This document shows, one piece after another, positions 32,200 to 43,311 of a DNA stretch of 64,000 nucleotides (its first letter is position 1; every line of letters begins with the position of its first letter). The notes under the pieces are model-generated. The model made no database searches. It saw nothing but the letters and a program-made list of their open reading frames with translations, and was not told the origin of the DNA. A program made the position numbers and the translations under genes. The DNA lies in the NCBI GenBank assembly GCA_030834445.1, contig JAURFC010000001.1:22544-86543 (forward strand), given 5' to 3'. This DNA is from Bacillota bacterium. GTDB lineage: Bacteria; Bacillota_I; Bacilli_A; RFN20; CAG-826.

Positions 32200-32229
32200 A
32201 AGAGTGGAGCAATCCACTCTTTGTTTTTT
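32200..32229 (+). promoter_or_regulatory. rimP leader hairpin (GNRA-capped attenuator)
   Basis: AAGAGTGGA-GCAA-TCCACTCTT followed by T-rich tract just upstream of the rimP RBS; promoter TGCTATAGT at 32165-32173. Confidence 0.7.
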
Positions 32230-32240
32230 GAAAGGAGCCT

Positions 32241-32705
32241 ATGCCACTCATTGAAACCCTAGAACAACTCGTTAAACCGCCCATTGAAGCGGAAGGATGT
32301 CGCTTGTATGAATTGAGTCTCGTCGTGGAACGCGGAGATAAATTCCTCCGCATTCTTCTAGAAAAACCCGGAACTCGCATCGATATGGATCTCATCGTCC
32401 GATTAACAAGAGCCATCTCCAGTCTCCTCGATGCGCATCCCCTCATTAGCGAACATTACATCCTCGATATCTCGAGTGCCGGAATCGATTACCCCATCCG
32501 TATGGAACATCTTCACGATTACCTTCATACGATTGTGCAAATCTATTGTGATCCGCAGCAACAAGGCAAACCTGGCACGATAGGTGAATTGCTCGCGATT
32601 AGTGACTCCGAAATTCAACTTTCAGTAAAAACAAAAAAAGGTCGAATCGAACAAGCGATTGCAAGAAAAGAGATTACGCGTATTGAAGTCGCGCGTGAAT
32701 CATAA
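32241..32705 (+). CDS. rimP: Ribosome maturation factor RimP
   Basis: FLRILLEK, YILDISSAGI; first gene of nusA-infB operon. Confidence 0.88.
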   Translation: MPLIETLEQLVKPPIEAEGCRLYELSLVVERGDKFLRILLEKPGTRIDMDLIVRLTRAISSLLDAHPLISEHYILDISSAGIDYPIRMEHLHDYLHTIVQIYCDPQQQGKPGTIGELLAISDSEIQLSVKTKKGRIEQAIARKEITRIEVARES

Positions 32706-32725
32706 AAAAGGAAGAAAGAAAAACC

Positions 32726-34435
32726 ATGTTTAAATCCTCAGAATTACTCCAACTCATTGAAGTCTTAGAATCGGAAAAAGGCATTTCCAAAGACGCCATT
32801 ATCGATGCCCTGAAAGAAGCGATTGCCAAAGCCTATCGTAAACATTTAGGGTCGATTGATGATGCCCTTGTTCGTGTCGATATCAATCCTTCGTCTGGCG
32901 TTATCGCTGTTTTTGAACAAAAGAAAGTGGTGGAAACTGTCGAAGATGATTTCCTAGAAATTTCCCTCGATGAAGTGAAAGTCAAAGGGTTATCGCTAAA
33001 GATTGATGACTTTTATGAAACCGAAGTCGATTTAGAAAGCTTTACCAAAGGAACTGCGATGATTGTTAAAGCAGTGTTCCGTCAAAAAATTGCCGAAGCC
33101 GAAAAAGCGGCGCTTTATGAACTCTTTAAAGATAAGATTGGGGAAATGATTGTCGGTCAAGTCGAAAAAGTCGATGATCGTAGTGCGATTATTAATATTG
33201 GTCGTACGGATGTGTATTTACCGGCCTCGAAACGTATCCCTGGAGAAACCTTTAAAGTCGGTGATCGCGTCAAACTCTATGTCGTCGATGTCGAATCGAC
33301 CACGAAAGGTGCACAAATTGCGGTTTCTCGTACGCATGAAGGCTTCCTGAAGCGTGTCTTTGAAGAAGAACTTCCCGAAGTCTACGAAGGGACCGTCATC
33401 ATTAAAGCGATTGCCCGTGAAGCCGGTGTTCGTTCGAAAGTCGCCGTCTACTCCCAAGATCCAAATGTGGATCCAGCCGGTGCCTGTATTGGTCAAAACG
33501 GTTCACGTATTCAAAAAATTGTCGCCCAATTAGGCAATGCCAAAGAAAAAGAAAAAATTGATATTATCGCCTACACTGAAAATCTTCCGCTTTATTTAGT
33601 GGAAGCCATGAAACCCGCTCAAATTACAGGGATCATTTTAGATGAAGCCAATCACAAAGCGATGATGGTCATTCAATCGGAAAATTTAGGCCCGGCGATT
33701 GGTCGTCGAGGTGTTAATCCGCGTTTAGCCAGTAAATTAACGGGATGGCAAATTGATGTCAAAGACCTCAATGAAGCCGTCGCTGAAGGTCTCGTCTATC
33801 AATCCGTCGATCTCCTCCGTCAAGAAGCAGAAGACAAACGTTTACGTGAACTTCAACGTGCGACCTTACCTGCTGGTTCTGCGCCTGCGCAAGCACGTCA
33901 TGTTGTTTATTCTCAACAACGGGATGACTTCACGATGGAAGATGTATTATCGCCACGTCACGATGAAGATCGCCAAGAAAAACTCATCGCTGATGGCGCT
34001 GAACTCGACGATGGGACGTCAGAAACCCGTGTGGTTAGCCCCGAAGTGTCGACCGCGGCCCCAACCCCTGTTGTTCAACCCGAAGTCACAAAACCCGTCG
34101 TGGAAGCTAAACCTGTTCCTGAAGCACCCAAAGTCACGGTGGTCCGTACGACCAAGACGTTAGAAGAGCTCGAAGCGGAACTCGAAGCGGAAAAAGCACG
34201 CAAACCGAAATTCGAAAAAGACTTCAAGAAAAAACCGTTCAAGAAACGTCCCAAAGACAACGATAAACCCGTGGAAGATATTCCAACACCCACAGGCGAT
34301 TCCCTCAACCCTGCCAACTACATGAAAATTTATGACGATGAAGACGTGGTGGAAGAACCCGTGGAAGACGTTGAAGTGGAAGAAACCGAACTAGATTTCG
34401 AGGACTTTGATGAATACTACGACGAAGAAAAATAA
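32726..34435 (+). CDS. nusA: Transcription termination factor NusA with long acidic C-terminal tail
   Basis: S1 and KH domains: AREAGVRSKVAV, GACIGQNGSRI, AIGRRGVN.RLASKLTGW.IDV. Confidence 0.95.
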   Translation: MFKSSELLQLIEVLESEKGISKDAIIDALKEAIAKAYRKHLGSIDDALVRVDINPSSGVIAVFEQKKVVETVEDDFLEISLDEVKVKGLSLKIDDFYETEVDLESFTKGTAMIVKAVFRQKIAEAEKAALYELFKDKIGEMIVGQVEKVDDRSAIINIGRTDVYLPASKRIPGETFKVGDRVKLYVVDVESTTKGAQIAVSRTHEGFLKRVFEEELPEVYEGTVIIKAIAREAGVRSKVAVYSQDPNVDPAGACIGQNGSRIQKIVAQLGNAKEKEKIDIIAYTENLPLYLVEAMKPAQITGIILDEANHKAMMVIQSENLGPAIGRRGVNPRLASKLTGWQIDVKDLNEAVAEGLVYQSVDLLRQEAEDKRLRELQRATLPAGSAPAQARHVVYSQQRDDFTMEDVLSPRHDEDRQEKLIADGAELDDGTSETRVVSPEVSTAAPTPVVQPEVTKPVVEAKPVPEAPKVTVVRTTKTLEELEAELEAEKARKPKFEKDFKKKPFKKRPKDNDKPVEDIPTPTGDSLNPANYMKIYDDEDVVEEPVEDVEVEETELDFEDFDEYYDEEK

Positions 34436-34685
34436 CGTACCTCTTCGTCGCTGTATCGTTACGGGCGAACATGGCGATAAGCGATCGTTATTACGCATCG
34501 TTCGTAAACCGGATGGCCAACTCGAGATTGACCTGCATGGCAAAATGCCAGGTCGGGGGGCGTATATACAACGTTCGATCACGATCCTTGCTCCGTTAAA
34601 AGCCTCCCGATTGATTCAAAAACATCTCGGGGTTCAACCCGATGATGCGTTTTATGAAAGGCTTGCCCGTATCTTGAATGAATAA
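34410..34685 (+). CDS. rnpM: YlxR/RnpM RNA-binding protein
   Basis: PLRRCIVT, LLRIVR, GKMPGRGAY. Confidence 0.88.
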   Translation: MNTTTKKNNVPLRRCIVTGEHGDKRSLLRIVRKPDGQLEIDLHGKMPGRGAYIQRSITILAPLKASRLIQKHLGVQPDDAFYERLARILNE

Positions 34686-34980
34686 ATCCCTTGAATCGCA
34701 ACTTCACCTCATGAAAAAAGCACGTGCCCTCGTCTCGGGGACACATGCGATTACCTCACCAGTGGTCTACATGTGGATTGCCTCGGATGCTTCCGCGTCG
34801 CGGCAAAAACAATGCATTCATTATTGTGAAAAGTACAAGATTCCTTGGGAAATTACCGGCGATAAAGCCGCATTCTCCGCGATTCTCCAACAACCTGATG
34901 TAGCCGTAATTCGACTCATCAATCCTCACTTTCTTTCTCTCATCCATGCCAATAAGGAGGACATGACGAATGAAAAATAA
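34678..34980 (+). CDS. L7Ae-like protein (YlxQ), divergent
   Basis: KKARALVSG, IASDAS; position between ylxR and infB. Confidence 0.65.
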   Translation: MNKSLESQLHLMKKARALVSGTHAITSPVVYMWIASDASASRQKQCIHYCEKYKIPWEITGDKAAFSAILQQPDVAVIRLINPHFLSLIHANKEDMTNEK

Positions 34981-36796
34981 TACCAATCCCAATAACCGCC
35001 AAGAAAATACCCAAGGTTCTTTGACGGCCAAAGAAACCGCCAAAGTCACCGGTGATGTTTTTATTTATACCGGGGCCATGACCTTAGGTGATCTAGCCAA
35101 CCAACTGAAAAAACCGGTGGCAGAAATCATTAAATTTCTTTTCTTAAACAAAAAGATGTTGACGATTAACTCCACCTTAGATGATGAAACCATCGGAATG
35201 ATTTGTTTACATTACGGTCTTGATTTTAAAAAAGAAAAAGCAGTTGCCGTGGAAAACATTGAAGATTACGTCATTGAAGATGATGTAACCACATTAGAAG
35301 AACGTCCTCCTGTCGTCACGATCATGGGTCACGTCGATCATGGGAAAACGACCTTAATTGATGCGATTCGTAGTTCCAACCTTGTCGCCGGAGAATTCGG
35401 CGGTATTTCCCAAGCGATTGGTGCGTACCAACGCGACTTTAATGGCAAGAAAATTACCTTTATTGACACCCCAGGACACGAAGCGTTTACCGCGATGCGA
35501 AGTCGTGGCGCCAAAGTCACCGATCTTGTCGTCCTTGTGGTCGCTGCCGATGATGGCGTCATGCCACAAACCCGTGAAGCCATTGATCATGCCAAAGCCG
35601 CCAAAGTTCCTTTAATTGTGGCGATCAACAAAATGGATAAACCGGGTGCGAATGTCCCCAAGGTTAAAGAAGCGTTAACGGCGCTCGATGTCATCCCCGA
35701 AGATTTTGGTGGCGATACGATCTTTGTCGAAATTTCTGCGTTGAAGAAAACTGGGATCGACACCTTATTAGAAAATATTTTATTAGTGTCGGAAGTGTTA
35801 GAGTTAAAAGCGAATCCGAACCGCTTTGCGTTAGGAACCGTCCTTGAAGCAGTTTTAGATAAACATGAAGGGCCGAAAGCGACTTTACTCATTGAAAACG
35901 GGACGCTCCATGGCTCCGATTATCTTGTGGTCGGTACGGTGTATGGAAAAGTACGCCGAATGACCAATGAACATGCCAAAGTCGTAAAAATAGCGACCCC
36001 TTCGACACCGGTTTCGGTCATCGGTTTAAGTGAAGTGCCGATCGCGGGTGATTCGTTTATGGCGTTCCCCACGGAAAAAGAAGCCAAAGAAATCGCCGAA
36101 AAACGTCGTTTGGCGAAAGAATCAGAATCGCGTCAACAAACCTCTAACACCATTGAAAGCTTATCGGAACGATTAGCAAGTGGCGATACCGAACACCTTT
36201 ACTTCATTATCAAAGCCGATAACACTGGAAGTGCTGAAGCGATTAAAGCGAGTTTAGAAAAACTCAATCAAGATAAGGTAAAATTAACCGTCCTCCGTTC
36301 CGAAACAGGGGCGATTACGGAAAGCGATGTTTTATTAGCATCGGCATCCAAAGCGATGATATATGGTTTTAATTTACGTCCTGCGGCCAATGTGCAACAA
36401 AAAGCCAATGAATCCGGGGTTGAAATTCGTACTCACCGCATTATTTATGCACTCATTGAAGAAGTTGAAGCGCTCATGAAGGGCAAAGTGAAAGTGGAGA
36501 CCACCGAAGAAGTGCTCGGTCAATTTGAAGTCCGTGCCTTATTTAAAATTGGGAAGGTAGGAACCATCGCCGGGGGAATGGTGACATCTGGCCTTATTCC
36601 TAACAAAGCAAACATTCGTATTTTACGGGATGGTGCCATTATTTATGAAGGTAAAATTGCGTCCTTAAAACGGAATAAAGATGAAGTTAAAGACGTCAAA
36701 ATGGGTTTTGAATGTGGGATTAATGTTGAAAACTTCAATGACATCAAAGAAAATGACATCATTGAAGCGTATCATGAGGTTGAAAAGCAATCATGA
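34970..36796 (+). CDS. infB: Translation initiation factor IF-2 (short form)
   Basis: [33 protein letters not shown]. Confidence 0.97.
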   Translation: MKNNTNPNNRQENTQGSLTAKETAKVTGDVFIYTGAMTLGDLANQLKKPVAEIIKFLFLNKKMLTINSTLDDETIGMICLHYGLDFKKEKAVAVENIEDYVIEDDVTTLEERPPVVTIMGHVDHGKTTLIDAIRSSNLVAGEFGGISQAIGAYQRDFNGKKITFIDTPGHEAFTAMRSRGAKVTDLVVLVVAADDGVMPQTREAIDHAKAAKVPLIVAINKMDKPGANVPKVKEALTALDVIPEDFGGDTIFVEISALKKTGIDTLLENILLVSEVLELKANPNRFALGTVLEAVLDKHEGPKATLLIENGTLHGSDYLVVGTVYGKVRRMTNEHAKVVKIATPSTPVSVIGLSEVPIAGDSFMAFPTEKEAKEIAEKRRLAKESESRQQTSNTIESLSERLASGDTEHLYFIIKADNTGSAEAIKASLEKLNQDKVKLTVLRSETGAITESDVLLASASKAMIYGFNLRPAANVQQKANESGVEIRTHRIIYALIEEVEALMKGKVKVETTEEVLGQFEVRALFKIGKVGTIAGGMVTSGLIPNKANIRILRDGAIIYEGKIASLKRNKDEVKDVKMGFECGINVENFNDIKENDIIEAYHEVEKQS

Positions 36797-37158
36797 GTCA
36801 ATATCGTTCTTCCCGCTTAGCCTCCCTCATTGTCAAACACATCACGGATATTATTCAGTTTGAATTAAAAGATCCAACCGTCGGCTTTGTCACGGTGACG
36901 TTTACGGACATGAACCATGATTTGAGTTTTTTAAAAGTGTATGTGTCCTTTATGGGGGTCAAAGATTCCCCGCAAAAACTTGAATCCTTACGACGCGCGA
37001 AAGGCTTTATTCGTTCCGCCCTCGCCAAAAAAGTGGAGATGTATAAGGTCCCTGATCTCCAGTTTTATCTCGATGATGCGTATGAACGTAGTCAACAGAT
37101 GGAACAAACCATCGCTGCTGCGAAAAAGAAATTAAATAAAGAAGAAGACCCCGATTAA
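36793..37158 (+). CDS. rbfA: Ribosome-binding factor A
   Basis: LKDP..GFVTVT, AKGFIRS, VPDLQFYLD. Confidence 0.93.
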   Translation: MSQYRSSRLASLIVKHITDIIQFELKDPTVGFVTVTFTDMNHDLSFLKVYVSFMGVKDSPQKLESLRRAKGFIRSALAKKVEMYKVPDLQFYLDDAYERSQQMEQTIAAAKKKLNKEEDPD

Positions 37159-37628
37159 CGGAGGTCTTTTTTCATTTCAATGTGTTCGATCCCTGCTTCC
37201 ATAAAAGGTTTTCCGATTGCAGTGTAGCCACATTGATGATAAAAATTTTCCACATGACGTTGGGCATGCATGGTTAAGGTCACGGATTTGAAGAGGCTTA
37301 ATGCATACGTATCAAACCATTGCATAAGCGCTTTACCATAGCCTAACCCACGATACGGATTTAAGATGGCAATACGTCCGACTTTAAGGGTAGTTTCGTT
37401 AAGGCGAAGATAACGCAGGGTACCAATGGGGACATGGTCTAAAAACATAATAAAGGAAGTTGCTGTTTGATCGCTTCCATCCCATTCGATGTCGATAGGA
37501 ACGCCTTGCTCTTCGACAAAAACGGTATAGCGTAAATAACTGACGGTCATTCCATCATAGGCCGTCGTGGCCATTTTCATCCGGCAAGGGGTATTGGCAA
37601 CTTCGAATAAGTGAATGGTCGATGACAT
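37155..37628 (-). CDS. GNAT acetyltransferase (ElaA/YjcF-like)
   Basis: LRYTVFVEEQGVP, GRIAI..YRGLGYG, HAQ, FMEAGIEHIEM. Confidence 0.9.
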   Translation of the reverse strand: MSSTIHLFEVANTPCRMKMATTAYDGMTVSYLRYTVFVEEQGVPIDIEWDGSDQTATSFIMFLDHVPIGTLRYLRLNETTLKVGRIAILNPYRGLGYGKALMQWFDTYALSLFKSVTLTMHAQRHVENFYHQCGYTAIGKPFMEAGIEHIEMKKDLR

Positions 37629-37680
37629 CGTGTGAACTCCTCTTTAATGTATGGGTTTATTATGCGATAATACGAGAGCA

Positions 37681-38532
37681 ATGTTAAATGGAATGTTTTT
37701 GGTGGTCAAACCACAAGGAATTACGTCTCGCGATCTCGTCAATGGTGTCGTGCATCGCTTTCATGAAAAAAAAGTGGGTCACACAGGAACTTTAGATCCT
37801 TTTGCCGATGGGTTGATGCTCGTCACGATGGGCAAAGGAACAAAAATGGGTCCTTTTTTAGAAGCGATGGATAAAACTTATGAAGCCACATTGCAATTAG
37901 GCAGCAAAACAAACACCGGTGATTTAACGGGTGATGTCATTGAATCGAAACCCGTCATTGAACTTTATGAAGATTATATCCAGCAAACCCTGGATACATT
38001 TTTAGGGGAACAGGATCAAGTGCCTCCGATGTTCTCTGCGATTAAACATCACGGTGTCCCCCTTTATGAATTGGCACGAAAAGGAGAAGAAGTTGTCCGT
38101 GAATCCCGTCGTATTACCGTGCATTCAATAACGCTCATCCGTTATGAAAGCGCGACCTTAACGTTCCGTTGTCATGTTTCTAAAGGGACGTATGTCCGAA
38201 CCTTAGCCGAAGCCATCGCTGAAGCCTTTGGCATGGTCGGACATTTGACTTCCTTAACACGTATTTCGGTTGGTTCCTTTGAATTAAAGGATGCCAAAAC
38301 CTTGGATCAATTATCAGAAAAAGATTGTTTATCGATGACCCAATCCTTATCCCACTTACCCACTCTTAGAATCACCCGTCCTGAAAATGTAAAAGCCATT
38401 ATGGATGGAAAAATGCAAACATTTGAAATTACTGCTTCCCGGGTTTTATGCATTAACGAAAAAAATGAAGCCATCGCAATCTACGAACGAACGGATGGAT
38501 CATTATTTAAATCTCTTCGAGGCTTATTTTAA
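37681..38532 (+). CDS. truB: tRNA pseudouridine(55) synthase
   Basis: KVGHTGTLDPFA, PPMFSAIK, SKGTYVR. Confidence 0.95.
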   Translation: MLNGMFLVVKPQGITSRDLVNGVVHRFHEKKVGHTGTLDPFADGLMLVTMGKGTKMGPFLEAMDKTYEATLQLGSKTNTGDLTGDVIESKPVIELYEDYIQQTLDTFLGEQDQVPPMFSAIKHHGVPLYELARKGEEVVRESRRITVHSITLIRYESATLTFRCHVSKGTYVRTLAEAIAEAFGMVGHLTSLTRISVGSFELKDAKTLDQLSEKDCLSMTQSLSHLPTLRITRPENVKAIMDGKMQTFEITASRVLCINEKNEAIAIYERTDGSLFKSLRGLF

Positions 38533-39437
38533 TGATTGTTATTGAGACCGACTTTCAACAACCCTTTCGTTATCCGACCGCATTAACAGCATGTTTAGGG
38601 TATTTTGATGGGCTTCATATTGGCCATCAAGCGCTTATTCAAACTGCAAAACGTTTAGGACAACCGATTGCGGTGGTCACCTTCGACCGGAATCCTAAAA
38701 AATCACGTTCCGACCAATTATTAACACCGTTATCGGTCAAAAAAGAACTACTTGAAACCTGGGGTGTTGATGTCCTCATCATCTTGCAGTTTAACGCGTA
38801 TGTTGAAAAATTATCCCCTCACGCTTTTTTAGATCATTTATTTACCTTTGGCATTACCTCCTTAGTCTTCGGCGAAGATTTTCGCTTTGGACACCATGCA
38901 TTAGGTGATAAAGATACGATTTTCAAAGACGCTCGATTTACTTCGCATCTTGTTTCCACTCAAACCTATGCTTCGCAAAAAATTTCTTCCTCGACGCTTT
39001 TAAGTTTACTTTCCTTAGGTCACGTTGAAACGGTTCGCCAACAATTAGGACGACCGTATCAAGTTCGCGGTTATGTCGGTCACGGCTTTAAAAAAGGGAC
39101 TGAACTTGGTTATCCTACCGCAAATGTCGTACTAGAAGAACCATTTTATTTACCTAAAAATGGAGTTTATATGACACGATTTTGGGTTGATGGGACCGCT
39201 TTTTTTTCATTAGCAAGTCTAGGATATCATCCCACTGTAGCCAATTTAAGTAAACCAAGTTTAGAAGTACATGTCCTTGATTTTCAAGGGAATCTCTATG
39301 AAAAACATGTGTATGTGGATTTTTTAGGGTATTTACGTGAGGAACAAAAGTTCGCTTCTCTTGCTGATCTCGTTCGCCAAATGGATCAGGACAAAGCGAC
39401 TGCGCTTGCCCGAAAAAAAGACGTTTTTTCAACGTAA
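38532..39437 (+). CDS. ribF: Riboflavin kinase / FAD synthetase
   Basis: GYFDGLHIGHQ, GEDFRFG, ISSS, LGYPTAN, EVHVLDF. Confidence 0.94.
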   Translation: MIVIETDFQQPFRYPTALTACLGYFDGLHIGHQALIQTAKRLGQPIAVVTFDRNPKKSRSDQLLTPLSVKKELLETWGVDVLIILQFNAYVEKLSPHAFLDHLFTFGITSLVFGEDFRFGHHALGDKDTIFKDARFTSHLVSTQTYASQKISSSTLLSLLSLGHVETVRQQLGRPYQVRGYVGHGFKKGTELGYPTANVVLEEPFYLPKNGVYMTRFWVDGTAFFSLASLGYHPTVANLSKPSLEVHVLDFQGNLYEKHVYVDFLGYLREEQKFASLADLVRQMDQDKATALARKKDVFST

Positions 39438-39440
39438 TCT

Positions 39441-39553
39441 TTGCAATTTCATTCAAGTTGTTTATAATAGGCAATGACTTCTTCGATGATGAACAGCGTT
39501 TCCACTCGTTCACCGCTGATGAAGCCCAAGGTTATCCAAGGAGGAAACACACA
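39441..39553 (+). promoter_or_regulatory. rpsO promoter and probable S15 autoregulatory leader
   Basis: TTGCAA-N16-TATAAT (39441-39468); ~80-nt leader with CAGCG/CGCTG and TGACTT/AAGGTTA pairings; AAGGAGG RBS. Confidence 0.5.
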
Positions 39554-39823
39554 ATGGCATTAACCAAAGAACGAGTTGCCGAACTCGTCAAAACCTACGG
39601 CAAATCCGAATCAGACAGCGGTTCTCCACAAGTTCAAATCGCGTTATTAACAGAACAAATTCGCGAATTAACTGAACACCTTAAGTCGCACAAACACGAC
39701 TTCCACGGTCGTCGAGGCTTACTCGTCCTAGTCGGTCGTCGTTCTCGCTTACTTCAATACTTAGAAAAAAATAACCGCGACAGCTACCTTGACCTTATTA
39801 GCAAGCTCGGTTTACGTAAATAA
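39554..39823 (+). CDS. rpsO: 30S ribosomal protein S15
   Basis: DSGSPQVQIALLT, HKHDFHGRRGLL, LGLRK; 89 aa from ATG 39554. Confidence 0.97.
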   Translation: MALTKERVAELVKTYGKSESDSGSPQVQIALLTEQIRELTEHLKSHKHDFHGRRGLLVLVGRRSRLLQYLEKNNRDSYLDLISKLGLRK

Positions 39824-39829
39824 GAAAAT

Positions 39830-39855
39830 AAACCATGCCATCCGCATGGTTTTTT
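39830..39855 (+). terminator. Terminator after rpsO
   Basis: AAACCATGC-catcc-GCATGGTTTTTT. Confidence 0.8.
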
Positions 39856-39875
39856 CTTTATAAAGGAGATTCCCC

Positions 39876-41087
39876 ATGACCTTATTAGAACGCTTTTTAG
39901 ACTATGTAAAAATCGATTCTCAATCCGATCCTGATTCATCCACCGTGCCTTCAACGGCAAAACAACTCGATGTGATTGCCTTACTGGTTCACCAATTAAA
40001 GGAACTCGGTGTTCCACGTGTGGTCGAAGATGGTAAAGGCAACGTGTATGCTACCATTCCCGGAAATGACCCGACGAAAACAACGTCGATTGGACTGATG
40101 GCCCACGTGGATACCGCCACAGAAATGAGTGGAAAGAACGTTCGTCCTCAAGTGATTACAAACTATGATGGCAGCGTCATTAGCTTAAGCCACGAACTCG
40201 GTGTCGTTTTAGATCCAACGGTTTTCCCAATTCTTACTTTTCATCGCGGTAAGACGCTTGTGACCACCTCCGGTGATACGTTACTCGGTGCGGACGACAA
40301 AGCAGGCGTCGCAATCTTAATGGACTTTGTTCAGTTTGTCTTGAAAACGCCGTCTTATCGCCATGGTCCCATTCAGATTGGGTTCACGTGTGATGAAGAA
40401 ATTGGTCGAGGCGTCACGCATTTTGACCCTACTTTATTTCAAGCCACCTTTGCTTACACGTTGGATGGCGGCGATTTACACCGCATTAACGTTGAAAACT
40501 TTAATGCCTCAAGCGCTGTGGTTCGCTTTCAAGGGAAAGCGATTCATCCAGGAACCGCGAAGAATCAAATGGTGAATGCCCAAACGCTTGCGGCGCGTTA
40601 TCACCTTTCTTTACCCACTAATCAGACTCCGGAAACTACAGAAGGGTATGAAGGTTTTATTCATTTAACCCAATCCATGGGTGGTGTTGAATCCTCGGAA
40701 TTACGTTATATACTTCGTGATCATGATTTAAAAAAATTAGAAGCACTCGAAGCATTAATGCACACTAAAGTGGATGCATTAAATAGTGCACTTGATACAC
40801 CACGTGTTTCCATCACCATCCAACGCAGTTATTACAACATGAAAAGTATCATTGACCAACACCCTGACATTTTAAAACGTGTTAATGATGCGTATCAGGC
40901 TTTAAATCTTCCCCTTCACTATGAACCGATTCGCGGGGGAACCGATGGGGCAATGTTGACGTATAAAGGTGTCCCCACACCCAATCTTGCAACGGGGGGC
41001 TATAACTTCCATGGAAAATATGAATATTTTGTGGTGGAAGATGGTTTAATGATGGTGGAAGTATTGAAACGAATCTTTGCGTATTAA
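39876..41087 (+). CDS. pepT: Peptidase T
   Basis: [49 protein letters not shown]. Confidence 0.95.
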   Translation: MTLLERFLDYVKIDSQSDPDSSTVPSTAKQLDVIALLVHQLKELGVPRVVEDGKGNVYATIPGNDPTKTTSIGLMAHVDTATEMSGKNVRPQVITNYDGSVISLSHELGVVLDPTVFPILTFHRGKTLVTTSGDTLLGADDKAGVAILMDFVQFVLKTPSYRHGPIQIGFTCDEEIGRGVTHFDPTLFQATFAYTLDGGDLHRINVENFNASSAVVRFQGKAIHPGTAKNQMVNAQTLAARYHLSLPTNQTPETTEGYEGFIHLTQSMGGVESSELRYILRDHDLKKLEALEALMHTKVDALNSALDTPRVSITIQRSYYNMKSIIDQHPDILKRVNDAYQALNLPLHYEPIRGGTDGAMLTYKGVPTPNLATGGYNFHGKYEYFVVEDGLMMVEVLKRIFAY

Positions 41088-41139
41088 TCGCAAAAAAATA
41101 TGTTATAATCTATCAGTTATAGAAAAGAAAGAGGAACTT

Positions 41140-43257
41140 ATGACAAAGAGGACATTTACGTTAGATTTTGCCGGTAAAAAATTAGTCGTTGAAACAGGAG
41201 AATTAGCCAAACAAGCGGATGGCGCTGTGCTCGTTCGCTATGATGACACCGTGATTTTATCCACTGCGGTAGGAAGTAATGAAGCCAAAAATACGGACTT
41301 CTTCCCCTTAACCGTGGTTTATGAAGAAAAACAATACGCTGTGGGAAAAATCCCAGGATCCTTCCTTCGTCGTGAAGGCCGCCCAGGAGAACATGCTACG
41401 TTAACCGCACGTTTAATTGATCGCCCCATTCGCCCTTTATTTGATGAAGGCTTCCGTAATGAAGTTCAAATCGTCAATACGGTCCTCAGTGTTGATTTAA
41501 ATGCCACCCCGGAAATGACCGCCTTATTTGGTTCTGGATTAGCGTTAGGCATTTCCGATATCCCTTTTGATGGTCCTGTCGCTGGGGTCTATGTGGGCCG
41601 TGTGAATGGCAAACTCATTATTAACCCGACGGTCGAAGAACGTCTTGAAAGTGATATTCACCTTGCCGTGGCCGGAACACCCGATGCAATTAACATGGTG
41701 GAAGCGGGAGCTCAAGAAGTTTCTGAATCCGATATGTTAGAAGCGCTCATGTTTGGTCATGATGCAATTAAGCAACTCTGTGCCTTCCAACAAGACATTA
41801 TTAAAACCATTGGGGTTAGTAAACGTCACGTTGAACTGTATCGCGTGAATGCCGATATCAATCAAGAAGTTCGCGCTCTTGGTCAAAAAGAACTTGTCAA
41901 AGCGATTTCCACTAAAGAAAAATTAGAACGCGAAGCCAACATTAATGCGGTCAAAGAAAAAGTGATTGCCGCGTTTGAAGCAAAAACGTATCCCGATCGT
42001 GAAACCGAAGATAAAACACTAAAAGAAGTCGATATGATTTTAGAAACGATCATTGCCGATGAAGTTCGCCGCCTCATTACCGAAGATAAAGTTCGCCCGG
42101 ACGGTCGAGGCGTTAATGAAATTCGTCCCCTGGATTGCCAAGTGGACTTACTCCCTCGCGTCCATGGTTCCGCCCTCTTTACCCGCGGTCAAACCCAAGT
42201 CTTATCGGTGGTCACACTCGCTTCCTTAAATGATGTTCAAATCATTGATAACTTAACGGATGAAGATAAAAAACGCTTCATGCACCATTACAACTTCCCA
42301 CCCTTTTCTGTTGGAGAAGTCGGTCGTATGGGCAGCCCAGGTCGTCGAGAAATTGGTCACGGGGCATTAGGTGAACGCGCTTTAAGCTATGTGATTCCTT
42401 CCGAAGAAACGTTCCCTTACACTATTCGGGTCGTGAGTGAAGTTTTAGAATCCAATGGATCATCCTCCCAAGCCAGTATTTGTGCCTCCTCGATGGCCCT
42501 CATGGCCGCAGGGGTTCCTGTCACAGGTTTAGTCTCAGGCATTGCCATGGGGTTAATTACCTCCGGGCCGTTAGATGGTAAACATCCGTATACGATTTTG
42601 ACCGATATTCAAGGTTTAGAAGATCACTTCGGGGATATGGACTTTAAAGTCGCAGGGACCCAAAAAGGGATTACTGCCTTACAAATGGATATTAAGATTC
42701 GTGGCATTAACCGTGCAATTATTCAAGAAGCCCTACAAGAAGCCTTACGAGCACGTACGGTCATTCGTGAACGGATGGAACAAACGATTGCGGAACCGCG
42801 GGAAGATGTGGGAACCTACGCACCCAAACTTCAACAACTTCAAATTCCTGTCGATAAAATTCGCGATGTCATTGGTCAAGGTGGTAAAGTCATTAATGGC
42901 ATTATCGATCAATGCAATGGCGTTAAAATTGATATTGAACAAGATGGTCGCGTTATGATTTATCATCAAGACCGTGAACCGATTAATCGTGCGAAAAAGA
43001 TGATTGAAGATTTAACACGGGAAGCCAAAGTCGGCGAAATCTTTGACGGCGAAGTCGTTCGCATTGAAGCTTATGGGGTTTTCGTTAACTTATTTGGGGA
43101 TGTTGATGGCATGGTTCATGTCTCCAAACTCGCTCAAAAACGCGTTGAACATCCTAAAGATGTTGTCAAACTCGGTCAAAAACTCAAAGTTCGCGTCACC
43201 GAAATTGATGAAAAAGGTCGTGTTGCCCTTTCCCACAAGGAGTATGCCAACGATTAA
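41140..43257 (+). CDS. pnp: Polyribonucleotide nucleotidyltransferase
   Basis: [34 protein letters not shown] and S1; own promoter TGTTATAAT at 41101. Confidence 0.97.
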   Translation: MTKRTFTLDFAGKKLVVETGELAKQADGAVLVRYDDTVILSTAVGSNEAKNTDFFPLTVVYEEKQYAVGKIPGSFLRREGRPGEHATLTARLIDRPIRPLFDEGFRNEVQIVNTVLSVDLNATPEMTALFGSGLALGISDIPFDGPVAGVYVGRVNGKLIINPTVEERLESDIHLAVAGTPDAINMVEAGAQEVSESDMLEALMFGHDAIKQLCAFQQDIIKTIGVSKRHVELYRVNADINQEVRALGQKELVKAISTKEKLEREANINAVKEKVIAAFEAKTYPDRETEDKTLKEVDMILETIIADEVRRLITEDKVRPDGRGVNEIRPLDCQVDLLPRVHGSALFTRGQTQVLSVVTLASLNDVQIIDNLTDEDKKRFMHHYNFPPFSVGEVGRMGSPGRREIGHGALGERALSYVIPSEETFPYTIRVVSEVLESNGSSSQASICASSMALMAAGVPVTGLVSGIAMGLITSGPLDGKHPYTILTDIQGLEDHFGDMDFKVAGTQKGITALQMDIKIRGINRAIIQEALQEALRARTVIRERMEQTIAEPREDVGTYAPKLQQLQIPVDKIRDVIGQGGKVINGIIDQCNGVKIDIEQDGRVMIYHQDREPINRAKKMIEDLTREAKVGEIFDGEVVRIEAYGVFVNLFGDVDGMVHVSKLAQKRVEHPKDVVKLGQKLKVRVTEIDEKGRVALSHKEYAND

Positions 43258-43311
43258 TTCGCTTTTTTTTAAAAGTCGTTATAATGAAGTTGTTTTAAAG
43301 GAAAATAAATA

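Noticed and set aside
39458..39553. 32-aa N-terminal extension of S15 in the ORF track
   Set aside because: This is the promoter and leader; the AAGGAGG RBS defines ATG 39554.
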